A stretch of 64,000 nucleotides of DNA from Lewinellaceae bacterium (GTDB lineage: Bacteria > Bacteroidota > Bacteroidia > Chitinophagales > Saprospiraceae), in assembly GCA_037445225.1 (NCBI GenBank), contig JBBIKW010000009.1, positions 96,192 to 160,191 of the forward strand. Reading direction: 5' to 3'. A program made the translations under genes and the position numbers. A model generated the notes under the pieces. That model had not been told where the DNA came from, ran no database searches, and was given only the letters and a program-made list of their open reading frames with translations. Shown one piece after another: positions 38,031 to 46,954 of the stretch (its first letter is position 1; the number at the start of each line of letters is the position of its first letter).

Positions 38031-38110
38031 AGCGAAGAGAGCCATATGTGGCGAAGAAGCAGGGGGCCTCTTGGGATATCAAATACCCCAGCGCAGAAAA
38101 AAGTTTGAAC

Positions 38111-38118
38111 TATTTTTG
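38111..38118 (+). promoter_or_regulatory. -7 promoter-like box TATTTTTG
   Basis: Matches TAnnTTTG but lies 259 nt upstream of the adhesin ATG at 38377. It would start a long leader or a separate small RNA. Confidence 0.3.
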
Positions 38119-38157
38119 ACCGACTGCTGGCGCAAGGTGTTGAAATCTGCGAGGCGT

Positions 38158-38189
38158 CGCTACAGTTAGGGCCCTCCCTAACCGTAGCG
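38158..38189 (+). promoter_or_regulatory. strong hairpin in the adhesin upstream region
   Basis: CGCTAC-A-GTTAGGG CCCT CCCTAAC-C-GTAGCG: 13 bp with one A-C mismatch and a tetraloop. No U-tract. Confidence 0.4.
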
Positions 38190-38271
38190 CATTCCAGATG
38201 TATCCACACCGAACGACGGGGCAAAAAGTCGCGTAAAAGCACGAAATGCAGCTTCAGCGCTAAACAGAAAG

Positions 38272-38293
38272 GCACCTCAGGTGCGTTTTTATT
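38272..38293 (+). terminator. weak terminator-like hairpin plus T-run upstream of the adhesin gene
   Basis: GCACC-TCA-GGTGC (5 bp) followed by GTTTTTATT. Lies 84 nt before the ATG at 38377. Confidence 0.3.
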
Positions 38294-38376
38294 GAAAAGC
38301 GCTCTGCCCCTCTTCGGTAGAATACAATAATTAGACGCTTTTCCTTACTATCGCTGTGTTTAAAACATACCCGACA

Positions 38377-41124
38377 ATGAACGCTTGCAAACGCCTGCCG
38401 CTGTACCTCGGTGCATTTTTGTTGCCGCTGGGGAGCTATGCCACACACAACCGAGGCGGCGAGATCCACATCGAACAAATAGGCCCCCTAACCGTGCGCG
38501 CTACCATCATTACTTGGACGCGCACCCTCAGCGTCAGCGCTGACCGCGACACCCTGACACTTTGTTGGGGCGACGGCGTCTGCGAACAAGTAGGTCGAGT
38601 AAATGGCGGAGGAAAGGGCGTCCCGTTGAGCAACGAGGTGAAGTACAACATCTATATCGCTACGCATACGTATGCGGGACCGGCAACTTACCGCATCTCC
38701 ATGACCGACCCGAACCGGAATGCCGGCATTGTGAACGTAAACCCGCCTCAGTCGGAGAACATCCCCTTTCACATCGAGACCATCTATAAGTTCTTAGACC
38801 CTCAATTCGGCGGCAGCAACACGACGCCTTATCTTCTTCAAGACCCCATCGACAATGCCTGTGTGGGTCGGCCGTTTCGGCATAACCCCAACGCCTTCGA
38901 CCCAGACTTGGACAGTCTGTCGTATCGCCTGGGCATCCCCAAGCAAGCTATCGGCGTCAATGTACCCAACTACAGCTTTCCTAACGAGATCGCTCCCGGC
39001 TCCAACAACCTCCTGCAGCTCGACGAACGCACCGGCGACATCTTGTGGGCATCGCCTCAGCAGACCGGCGAGTACAACCTCACCATCCTCATCATCTCTT
39101 GGCGAAACGGCGTGCCCATCGATACCACCGTTCGCGACATGCAGATCTTTGTTTCCAACTGCCAAAACAACCCGCCCTTTATTGAGCCCATCGATGACCT
39201 GTGTGTGGTAGCTGGAAAGACCGTAGAATTCCCTGTGGTTGCCACCGACCCCGACTCCGGAAACCTCGTTCGCCTAACCGCATCCGGAGGGCCTATATCG
39301 CAAATCTATAGCCCGGCCACGTTCTCAGCACCGTCGACCTTCCTACTACCTCCAGTAACGGGTACTTTCCGATGGCAGACCCAGTGCGAGCACATTTCAA
39401 ACTTCCCCTACACCATGGTGTTCAAGGCGGTAGACTCTATCAACAGCAGTACGCCAAGGTTGGCTTTTCTGCGCACCGTCAACATCCGCGTGGTGGGCCC
39501 CCTCCCCGAAGATATCCAAACAGCGGCCCAAGCGGGAGCCATCGAAGTCAGCTGGGCCAAGCCCTACTTTTGCGACAACGCCGCCGATAACTACTTTTTA
39601 GGTTTTTCTGTCTGGCGGCGCGAGGGCTCTAACCCGTTCCCTCCCGACTCTTGCTCGCCGGGCTTGGCCGGTAAGGGGTATACGCGCATTGCATTCGCTA
39701 CGCGCCAAGACAACAACGGGCGATACTTCTTCCGCGACACTCAGGTAGAGCGCGGGCGCACCTATTGCTATCGCGTTGTAGCGCTGTTCGCCCGCCTGTC
39801 GGCCGGAGGGTATCCCTACAACATTGTGGAAAGCATCCCCTCCCAAGAGGCATGCGCCCAACTGCCGCGCGACCTGCCGCTAATAGTGCAGGTTTCCGTG
39901 GAGCAAACCAGCCCTGCGCTGGGCCAAATCGAGGTGTGCTGGACCAAACCCGTAGCCGGAGACTTAGACACTAATGCCCATCCGGGCCCCTATAGGTATC
40001 AGTTGCTGCGCGGATCAGGCCTCTCCGGCGGCGCTCCACAGCCCGTGCCCGGTGCCGTATTTACGGCAGACAACTTCTGGCAAGCCAACGATACTTGCTT
40101 TTTAGATGGCGGATTAAACACCGCCGCCCAACCCTATCACTACCAGGTCGCCTTCTTCACCAGGGGAGATTTCGGCACGCCCTTCGGGCGAACCGACGAG
40201 GCCTCCTCTGTCTTCCTCAACATCAAATCGTCCGACCGGGTTAACACCTTGACCTGGCAAGAAGACGTACCCTGGACAAACTACTCGTACACCGTGTTTC
40301 GACGCAACAACATCACCGGTCAATTTGAGCCCATTGCAACGACAATAACTCCAGCATATGTCGACCGAGGGTTGGAGAACGGCGTGGAGTACTGCTACTA
40401 TGTCCAGAGTGCCGGCACCTATAGTATCCCGGGAGTTCGAGAGCCCCTGCTTAATCGCTCCCAAGTGATTTGTAGCATCCCTATCGACACCGTTCCGCCT
40501 TGTACACCCGAGCTAACGGTGAGCAATCTGTGCAACGGGGGAGCATCTTCGCCTCCCGACCCGCCCTATGAGAACACCCTGCAGTGGAGCAATCCCGCAC
40601 TCACTTGCCCCGACGCAGGCGACGTAGTGCGATATCGCCTCTGGTATAAACCTTTTTCCGGCGAACCCCTGGTTTTGTTAACCACTATCGAGTCGCCTCA
40701 AGTGACTACTTGGGTACACACGCAGCCGGAAAATTTGGCGGGCTGCTACGCCATCTCGGCTGAAGACTCGGTGGGCAACCAGAGCCCTATAAGCCCGCCC
40801 ATCTGTGTAGACAACTGCCCGACCTACGAATTGCCCAATGCCTTCTCGCCCAACGGCGACGGCTTCAACGACCAGTTCCGTCCCTTTCCAGGATGGCGCT
40901 TTATTGAGCGCGTCGATATGCAAATCTTTAACCTTTGGGGCAACCTGGTCTACCAGACTACCGACCCTGCAATCGAATGGGATGGTCGAAACACTGCCGG
41001 CAACGCCGTGCCCGAAGGGACGTATTTTTACCTCTGCAAAGTGTACGAGCGCCGCGTAGACGGTATCGCCCTTCGCCCTCAACCGCTCTCCGGCTACATC
41101 GAACTATACCGCGGTGGCCGCTGA
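38377..41124 (+). CDS. T9SS cargo: large surface protein with Fn3-like modules and gliding-motility type-B C-terminal domain
   Basis: 915 aa from the ATG at 38377 (the track uses the GTG at 38356). The mature N-terminus THNRGGEI is typical of this family. C-terminus YELPNAFSPNGDGFNDQF…IFNLWGNLVYQ…EWDGRN…GTYFYLCKV. Confidence 0.85.
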   Translation: MNACKRLPLYLGAFLLPLGSYATHNRGGEIHIEQIGPLTVRATIITWTRTLSVSADRDTLTLCWGDGVCEQVGRVNGGGKGVPLSNEVKYNIYIATHTYAGPATYRISMTDPNRNAGIVNVNPPQSENIPFHIETIYKFLDPQFGGSNTTPYLLQDPIDNACVGRPFRHNPNAFDPDLDSLSYRLGIPKQAIGVNVPNYSFPNEIAPGSNNLLQLDERTGDILWASPQQTGEYNLTILIISWRNGVPIDTTVRDMQIFVSNCQNNPPFIEPIDDLCVVAGKTVEFPVVATDPDSGNLVRLTASGGPISQIYSPATFSAPSTFLLPPVTGTFRWQTQCEHISNFPYTMVFKAVDSINSSTPRLAFLRTVNIRVVGPLPEDIQTAAQAGAIEVSWAKPYFCDNAADNYFLGFSVWRREGSNPFPPDSCSPGLAGKGYTRIAFATRQDNNGRYFFRDTQVERGRTYCYRVVALFARLSAGGYPYNIVESIPSQEACAQLPRDLPLIVQVSVEQTSPALGQIEVCWTKPVAGDLDTNAHPGPYRYQLLRGSGLSGGAPQPVPGAVFTADNFWQANDTCFLDGGLNTAAQPYHYQVAFFTRGDFGTPFGRTDEASSVFLNIKSSDRVNTLTWQEDVPWTNYSYTVFRRNNITGQFEPIATTITPAYVDRGLENGVEYCYYVQSAGTYSIPGVREPLLNRSQVICSIPIDTVPPCTPELTVSNLCNGGASSPPDPPYENTLQWSNPALTCPDAGDVVRYRLWYKPFSGEPLVLLTTIESPQVTTWVHTQPENLAGCYAISAEDSVGNQSPISPPICVDNCPTYELPNAFSPNGDGFNDQFRPFPGWRFIERVDMQIFNLWGNLVYQTTDPAIEWDGRNTAGNAVPEGTYFYLCKVYERRVDGIALRPQPLSGYIELYRGGR

Positions 41125-41153
41125 AAACTCCGCGGCTAAAGAGGCAAAGAGAA

Positions 41154-41369
41154 CTACTTATCTAACGGTTTCTTCTCCGCTTCTCGCATGCCTTGGCGAA
41201 TCTCGTCCTCTACTGCGTTGCGCGCATTATTGAACTCCCGAATGCCGCGACCCAAGCCGCGCATCAGCTCCGGTATCTTGCTGCCGCCAAACAAGAGCAA
41301 TACCACTAAAAAAATTAGGATAAGTTCCGTAGCGCCGAGATTACCCAAAAAAAGCAGTTGAAATGTCAT
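41154..41369 (-). CDS. tatA: twin-arginine translocase subunit TatA/TatE
   Basis: 71 aa. [35 protein letters not shown] matches the TatA TM helix, hinge and amphipathic helix. Confidence 0.9.
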   Translation of the reverse strand: MTFQLLFLGNLGATELILIFLVVLLLFGGSKIPELMRGLGRGIREFNNARNAVEDEIRQGMREAEKKPLDK

Positions 41370-41530
41370 AAATATGTGCTTTTAAAAAGACAAACCGTAG
41401 AAGGGCTGCCGAGTGAGAAAAGTTGTCGATTAGACTGGAAAAGATGGGCAAAGTTACGGGAAAAGACCCGTTAAAAAACGGCGGAAATGCCATAATCTTG
41501 CCCACCTTAACACAACAGACGTCCCTGCAT

Positions 41531-42316
41531 ATGCGCGTAAGAGATATTACCGCCGTACTAGAAAACATAGCGCCGCTGACGCTACAGGAGTCGTACGACA
41601 ATGCCGGTCTCATCGTCGGGCACCCCGATCAGGAAGTTAGCGGCGTCCTGTTCTGCCTGGACTCTACCGAAGCGGTAGTTGAGGAAGCTGTCCGCTTGCA
41701 ATGCAACCTCATCATTGCCCATCACCCCATCGTTTTTCGAGGGCTAAAGCGCCTCAACGGCGCCACCTACGTGGAGCGCACCGTCATGCAGGCCATCCGG
41801 CACGAAGTGGCCATCTACGCCATGCATACCAATTTGGACAACGTCTTGCGACAGGGGGTAAATACCCGATTGGCGGAACACATCGGCCTGCAATATCTGC
41901 GCATCTTGGCGCCGCGGCCAGACACACTTGACACAGGAGCCGGCATGATAGGACAGTTACTCGAACCCATGGCCGAAATCGACTTCCTACAACACCTCAA
42001 ACGCACCCTGCGCGCTGAGGCCGTCCGCCATACCGCTCTGTTGGGCCGTCCCCTCCAACACGTCGCCATATGCGGCGGCTCGGGCAGCTTCCTCCTCCCG
42101 CAAGCTATCGCCCAAGGCGCCGATGCATTTGTCACGGCAGACTTCAAGTACCACGAATTTTTCGATGCCGATGGCAGAGTGCTCGTCGTCGACGTAGGAC
42201 ACTACGAAAGCGAGCAGTTCACTATCGAACTCTTGCGCGATATCGTACGGGAAAAATTCCCTAATTTTGCGCTCCATTTGACGACCATCCGAACCAATCC
42301 GGTCTTTTACGCGTAG
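41531..42316 (+). CDS. Nif3-like dinuclear metal centre protein (GTP cyclohydrolase 1 type 2 homologue)
   Basis: 261 aa from the ATG at 41531. LQESYDNAGLIVG, NLIIAHHPIVFRGLKRL, AIYAMHTNLD, GGSGSFLL, DVGHYESE. Confidence 0.88.
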   Translation: MRVRDITAVLENIAPLTLQESYDNAGLIVGHPDQEVSGVLFCLDSTEAVVEEAVRLQCNLIIAHHPIVFRGLKRLNGATYVERTVMQAIRHEVAIYAMHTNLDNVLRQGVNTRLAEHIGLQYLRILAPRPDTLDTGAGMIGQLLEPMAEIDFLQHLKRTLRAEAVRHTALLGRPLQHVAICGGSGSFLLPQAIAQGADAFVTADFKYHEFFDADGRVLVVDVGHYESEQFTIELLRDIVREKFPNFALHLTTIRTNPVFYA

Positions 42317-42382
42317 AAACTGCACCGTAAGGCGTTCGGACTTTTACATCACCTAACATATTTGTCACTTACTCTCACCGTT

Positions 42383-43144
42383 ATGATGACTTCTGTCGAA
42401 GCAAGTATTGCCGAAAAGCTAATCAAACTGTGGAACCTGCAGCAAATCGACTCTCAATTGGATGAGATCACTGCGCTCAAGGGAGAACTGCCTATGGAAG
42501 TGGCGGATTTAGAAGACGAGATTGCGGGTTTGGAGACGCGCTGTAAGAAAATCCGCAGCATCATCAAGGAAATTGAGGGAGAAATTGCCGACAAGCAGAC
42601 GCGCATCAAGGAGTACGAAGCGTCGCTAAAGAAGTACCGCAAGCAGCTCGACGAGGTGAAGAACAATCGCGAGTACGAGGCACTCACCCGAGAGATAGAA
42701 ATGGCAGAAGTGGAGATCCAGCTGGCGGAAAAGCATATCCGCCAGGCACGTGGCAAGATCGATGCGCAAAAGGAGATGTTAGCGATGACGGAAGCGCGCC
42801 TGGCTGCCCGCCAAAAAGATTTAGAAGTGAAGAAAGTCGAGCTCCAAGCGATCATCGCTCGCACAGAGGCGGAGGAAAATGAGTTGCGCCAAAAAAGCGC
42901 TAAGGCGCGCGAAGGGATCGAAGAGCGCCTGCTGATGGCTTACGACAAGATGCGCGCAACTTACCGCAATGGCTTAGCCGTAGTGACTATTGAGCGCGAC
43001 GCTTGCGGCGGCTGCTTCAACGCCGTGCCGCCCCAAATACAGTTGGAAATCGGCTTGCACAAAAAAATCATCGCCTGCGAGCAGTGTGGCCGCATCCTCG
43101 TAGACCGCTCCATAGCCTATCCAAACGCTACCGTTGAAGCGTAA
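42383..43144 (+). CDS. coiled-coil / C4 zinc-ribbon protein (COG1579 family), the usual partner of Nif3
   Basis: 253 aa from the ATG at 42383. Long coiled coil, then C-x-x-C…C-x-x-C (CGGCFNAV…CEQCGRIL). Lies directly downstream of the Nif3-like gene. Confidence 0.8.
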   Translation: MMTSVEASIAEKLIKLWNLQQIDSQLDEITALKGELPMEVADLEDEIAGLETRCKKIRSIIKEIEGEIADKQTRIKEYEASLKKYRKQLDEVKNNREYEALTREIEMAEVEIQLAEKHIRQARGKIDAQKEMLAMTEARLAARQKDLEVKKVELQAIIARTEAEENELRQKSAKAREGIEERLLMAYDKMRATYRNGLAVVTIERDACGGCFNAVPPQIQLEIGLHKKIIACEQCGRILVDRSIAYPNATVEA

Positions 43145-43170
43145 AAAAACTTGGCATTCCTTTTGAATAT

Positions 43171-43207
43171 AAAGCCCTCAAACGAAAATTTGAGGGCTTT
43201 ATATTTT
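43171..43207 (+). terminator. rho-independent terminator
   Basis: AAAGCCCTCAAA-CGAAAA-TTTGAGGGCTTT (12-bp perfect stem) followed by ATATTTT. Lies 27 nt after the stop at 43144. Confidence 0.8.
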
Positions 43208-43334
43208 AAAAAAGCGACAGCGTATCGAAAATTTTTAAAAAACTCTGTTAAAACGGTGAGCACTGTGAAAATTTTTCGTTTCTTGCGCTGCGTTTTTTTA
43301 ATACTCACCCCCTCACTGACAAGTGTTTCCTGCC

Positions 43335-43850
43335 ATGCGGATTTGTTACGCCTTACCCCTTCTCGCTCTGCTTTGGATGGTGCCGAACGCACTCAAGTCC
43401 CAAGTATTTAAAATTTACGAAAACTTTTCTGAATTAGAAGAGCGCCTCGCCCAGTCCAAGAATCATTTGGTCGTAGTCAATTTCTGGGCGACATTTTGCC
43501 GCCCCTGTGTAGAAGAGCTTCCCTACTTCAACACCCTCCACGAAAAATACGCCAGCCCCAATTTTGAAATCTTATTGGTGAGCTTGGATTTTAAGAGCAG
43601 CTTAGAGAAAAAGTTCGTCCCCTTCTTACGCGAAAAAAATCTACGCCCCGAGGTCATCTTGTTAGCAGAGCGCGGAGACGAGTGGATCCGTCGCTTAGAT
43701 CCAAGATGGGAAGGGCTCATCCCCGTGACGCTGCTGGTCTGGGATGATCATCGTACTATCCACCAAGGTAATTTTGAAAGCTATGAAGAATTAGAGCAGT
43801 TTATCGATAGCTTTTTCAAAAATATAGGGCGCGTATCTCCCATCTTTTAA
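43335..43850 (+). CDS. TlpA-like periplasmic thiol:disulfide oxidoreductase (thioredoxin fold)
   Basis: 171 aa from the ATG at 43335. Signal peptide. Active site VVNFWATFCRPCVEELP (CxxC). Confidence 0.8.
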   Translation: MRICYALPLLALLWMVPNALKSQVFKIYENFSELEERLAQSKNHLVVVNFWATFCRPCVEELPYFNTLHEKYASPNFEILLVSLDFKSSLEKKFVPFLREKNLRPEVILLAERGDEWIRRLDPRWEGLIPVTLLVWDDHRTIHQGNFESYEELEQFIDSFFKNIGRVSPIF

Positions 43851-43918
43851 AGGTGCTTGGAATTTTCACTTTCCTTCTACTTTAATAGTTAAACTAATCA
43901 CACCCCCCCGTCGTAGCC

Positions 43919-44563
43919 ATGCAAATCTCTCCACTCTTTTTTGCATTGAGCTCCTTTTGTTTCGGAACAGCTGCTCAGGTAGATAGTCTCCCGGCTTACA
44001 CTATTGGCGACCGTGTACAAGACTTTGCCTTGCGCAATGTGGATGGTAAGATGCTTTCCTTGTCCGACTATGCCAAGGGAAGTGGCGTAATCATCGTCTT
44101 TACGTGCATTCATTGTCCGTACGCAGAGCTTTACGAGAGTCGCCTCATACGGCTGCATCGCAAATATGCGCCTCAGGGCTATCCAGTGTTGGCCATCAAC
44201 CCTACCCTGCCGAGCTTATTTCCGGAAGACAATTTTGAAAGCATGCGTAAGCGAGCGCGGGAAAGGAAATATCCTTTCCCGTATCTGCAAGACTCCACTC
44301 AAGTGGTGCTAAGACGCTTTGGGGCCGACCGGACGCCTCGCATTTACCTATTGGACAGCGAATGGGTCGTTCGGTACATTGGAACGGTCGACGACCGCCC
44401 AGAGTCGGAAAGGGACGTCAAGAAGCGCTACTTAGAAGACGCCATAGCGGCTCTCATGCGCGGCGAGCGCCCTTATCCAGAAATCACCCAATCCGTTGGC
44501 TGCCCTATTCGGCGGCCGAAGACCCCACTCTCTCAGGACTCGGTAGGGAAAGGGCCTCGGTGA
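43919..44563 (+). CDS. thioredoxin-fold (redoxin) family protein
   Basis: 214 aa. Signal peptide. IIVFTCIHCPYAELY (CxxC in a redoxin context). Its 3' end overlaps the convergent exporter gene by 59 nt. Confidence 0.7.
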   Translation: MQISPLFFALSSFCFGTAAQVDSLPAYTIGDRVQDFALRNVDGKMLSLSDYAKGSGVIIVFTCIHCPYAELYESRLIRLHRKYAPQGYPVLAINPTLPSLFPEDNFESMRKRARERKYPFPYLQDSTQVVLRRFGADRTPRIYLLDSEWVVRYIGTVDDRPESERDVKKRYLEDAIAALMRGERPYPEITQSVGCPIRRPKTPLSQDSVGKGPR

Positions 44564-46832
44564 TCGGCTCGGCAGACACGCCATTCGCCGGCAACTTGTC
44601 CTTCAGCAACCATCGCACCAACACAGGAGAAAGGTATAGGTCGCACAAAAGAGCGCCTGCCAAGGTCGCGCTGATGAGTACCCCTACGATGACAGAAGGC
44701 GGGTGAACGGAGAAGAGCATTACCAAAAAACTAAAGAACAGGATAATGCTGCCCAGTGTCATAGCCTTACCTGTTTCTAATAGGGTCGTTTCCAGCGATT
44801 TCTCCAAGGTTAGGCCCCGGCTGTGACACAGGCGGAAGGTGCTCAGAAAGTGCACCGTATCGTCGGTTGCAATGCCAAAAACAATGCTGAAGACCGTAGC
44901 CACCCCCGCCTCAAGAGGAATATCTAAAAATCCGATGAGAGCCCCTGCAAAAAATAGGGGCAATACGTTGGGTATGGCAAAGATAAGCACCAACCGCGCA
45001 TCGCGGAAGAGCAAAGCCATCAGAGCGGCAACGGTGAATATGGAGGGGATGAGCCCTTGAAGCATATTGTCGCGGATGTACATCGAGTTTTTGTCTACAA
45101 TGACGCCGGTGCCGGTGATGCGAAAGCGCGCCACACTCGAGTCGGTATGTTGGGTGATCCACTTCTCCAGATCGCTTTGCAGGGCGACGATGGAGTCTCG
45201 CCCTATGTCCTGAACCCGCGCGGCAATGCGCGCTTTGTCGGCATTTTTACTGAGCAATACTTCTGCAGCGGGGTTAGGCAGGCGTTCCGCTAAGCGGCGA
45301 TAACGCAATAGTTCTTCATCGTCGTCGGGTAAACGATACGCCGAGGGGTGATTGCCGTAGCGCATGGCGTGCAGGCTTCGATAGAGGTCGTTGATCGAAC
45401 TGTGCGCTCGAATGGGAGGGTATCGTTGCAAGCGCTGCTCTACTTTATCCATCTGACGCAGCACGGCGGGGTCGTCGGCACGGCGATGTTGTTGAGGGAA
45501 GACGGCAATTTCTAAGGGTCGAAAGCCGGCAAATTTTTCTTCAAAAAACAAAAAGTCGCGGGTGATTTGGGCGCCGCGCGGCAAATTTTGTTTGATGCGG
45601 TAATCGGTGTGGATGCGGGCGATACCTACCAAAGACAGACCCAGGGCTGCTACGAAGGCCCAAGCAATACGGCGCTGATGGGTACGCGTGTATTCGTATA
45701 CATGGCGCATAAAGCGCCCCCAAAAAGCCCATTCGGGTGTGTGGCGGATGAGTTGCTCGCGTTCAAAACGCGGCAGCCATATCCACAACCACCCGTAAAT
45801 GACGCCAAACGCCAACACTACGCCCAAGGCAGCGTTGACGCCGAACGCCTGTATGGGCTCGGTGCGGTTGCTCAACAGCGACAAAAACCCTATCGCCGTC
45901 GTAACGCACGTGATGAAGGTGGCAGCGCCGATCTCGCGCACGGTGATGCGGATGGCTTCTGAGCGCGTCCGGCCTTTCTCTAACTCATCCAAATACTTAG
46001 TAGTCAGGTGGATCGTATCGGCTACCCCTACGATGCACATAAGGACGGGGTACAAAGCTGCTAAGGCATTTAACTCTCTGCCCAGCAAGCTGAGGGCCGC
46101 CAGAAAAAACAACAGTGCCAATCCGATGCCCGTCATAGCGATCAGCACGGTGCGCCAACGGCGAAAAATGAAGAAGAGGATAGCCGAGGCTAATAGGACA
46201 GCAATGGCCGTCGACACCGCAATTTCGCGTTTCTGCATCGCCACCATGTCGCGGTGAAAATAGGCTCGCCCCAATCGATAGACGCGCTCAAAACGGTAGC
46301 ACTCCAGTAGGCTATCCAAAGCGGCCATTAACTCGACCGACTGCGCATAGGTGGTCTGGTTGGTGGTCTTGAGCACTACACTCAGCGCTGTGGCGTCTGC
46401 GGATATGAGGTGGTGTACGAAGCGCTTGTCCTGTAGAAGGCGCGCTCGGTCGGCAGCGTAGTAGGTCGTATCCTCTATGTGAATCGCCGGCACGGCTGCT
46501 ATGCCAAACGGCGTCTGGATAGGATAGCGCATCGTCGTCAGCGACAGGGACGAAGTTACGTGGGGCAATGACCTGGCCTGAAGGGTAAAATTGTGCACCT
46601 GACCCAGAAACTCCTTGTCAAAAACACCGGCTGGGCGCTCGATAGCCACTAACAGGAAGTTGTCGTCGCTTTCAAAGTCCTGGATGTAGGTCTTGAAAAA
46701 CTCCCAGTCGGGGTCGCCTTTAGGGAAGAATTGCTCGAAGTCGAAGGAAAACTTTAAACGCGTAAGGAGAAAGCCGCCGCATACGGTGGCGATAGCGTAA
46801 AAAACAAGGAGTGCATTTCGGAAGCGGTGCAT
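44505..46832 (-). CDS. RND-superfamily / MMPL-type exporter (two 6-TM bundles)
   Basis: 775 aa. Two repeated blocks of about six TM helices, each preceded by a large loop. Sterol-sensing-like TM region (VLMCIVGVADTIHL; FSIVFGIATDDTVHF). Confidence 0.75.
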   Translation of the reverse strand: MHRFRNALLVFYAIATVCGGFLLTRLKFSFDFEQFFPKGDPDWEFFKTYIQDFESDDNFLLVAIERPAGVFDKEFLGQVHNFTLQARSLPHVTSSLSLTTMRYPIQTPFGIAAVPAIHIEDTTYYAADRARLLQDKRFVHHLISADATALSVVLKTTNQTTYAQSVELMAALDSLLECYRFERVYRLGRAYFHRDMVAMQKREIAVSTAIAVLLASAILFFIFRRWRTVLIAMTGIGLALLFFLAALSLLGRELNALAALYPVLMCIVGVADTIHLTTKYLDELEKGRTRSEAIRITVREIGAATFITCVTTAIGFLSLLSNRTEPIQAFGVNAALGVVLAFGVIYGWLWIWLPRFEREQLIRHTPEWAFWGRFMRHVYEYTRTHQRRIAWAFVAALGLSLVGIARIHTDYRIKQNLPRGAQITRDFLFFEEKFAGFRPLEIAVFPQQHRRADDPAVLRQMDKVEQRLQRYPPIRAHSSINDLYRSLHAMRYGNHPSAYRLPDDDEELLRYRRLAERLPNPAAEVLLSKNADKARIAARVQDIGRDSIVALQSDLEKWITQHTDSSVARFRITGTGVIVDKNSMYIRDNMLQGLIPSIFTVAALMALLFRDARLVLIFAIPNVLPLFFAGALIGFLDIPLEAGVATVFSIVFGIATDDTVHFLSTFRLCHSRGLTLEKSLETTLLETGKAMTLGSIILFFSFLVMLFSVHPPSVIVGVLISATLAGALLCDLYLSPVLVRWLLKDKLPANGVSAEPITEALSLPSPERVGSSAAE

Positions 46833-46942
46833 GGTGCCAGACTCGGTTTTAGCGAGCTTTAGTGCTTTGGCTCAGAAAAACCGTCTTAGTAGGTAAAAGT
46901 TTAAGCCCTACTACCTTTAGGGTCTATACAGCGAGGTCGCTT

Positions 46943-46950
46943 TACCTTTG
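46943..46950 (+). promoter_or_regulatory. -7 promoter box TACCTTTG only 4 nt before the ATG (leaderless mRNA candidate)
   Basis: Exact octamer at 46943-46950. The ATG at 46955 opens the hydrophobic N-terminus MNQFSAYEILLVAC…. Confidence 0.4.
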
Positions 46951-46954
46951 TGGT

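Noticed and set aside
44505-44563. 59-nt overlap of the convergent 3' ends of the redoxin gene and the RND exporter gene.
   Set aside because: Both tails are low-information C-terminal extensions. The overlap is most simply run-on to the next available stop, not a regulatory feature.
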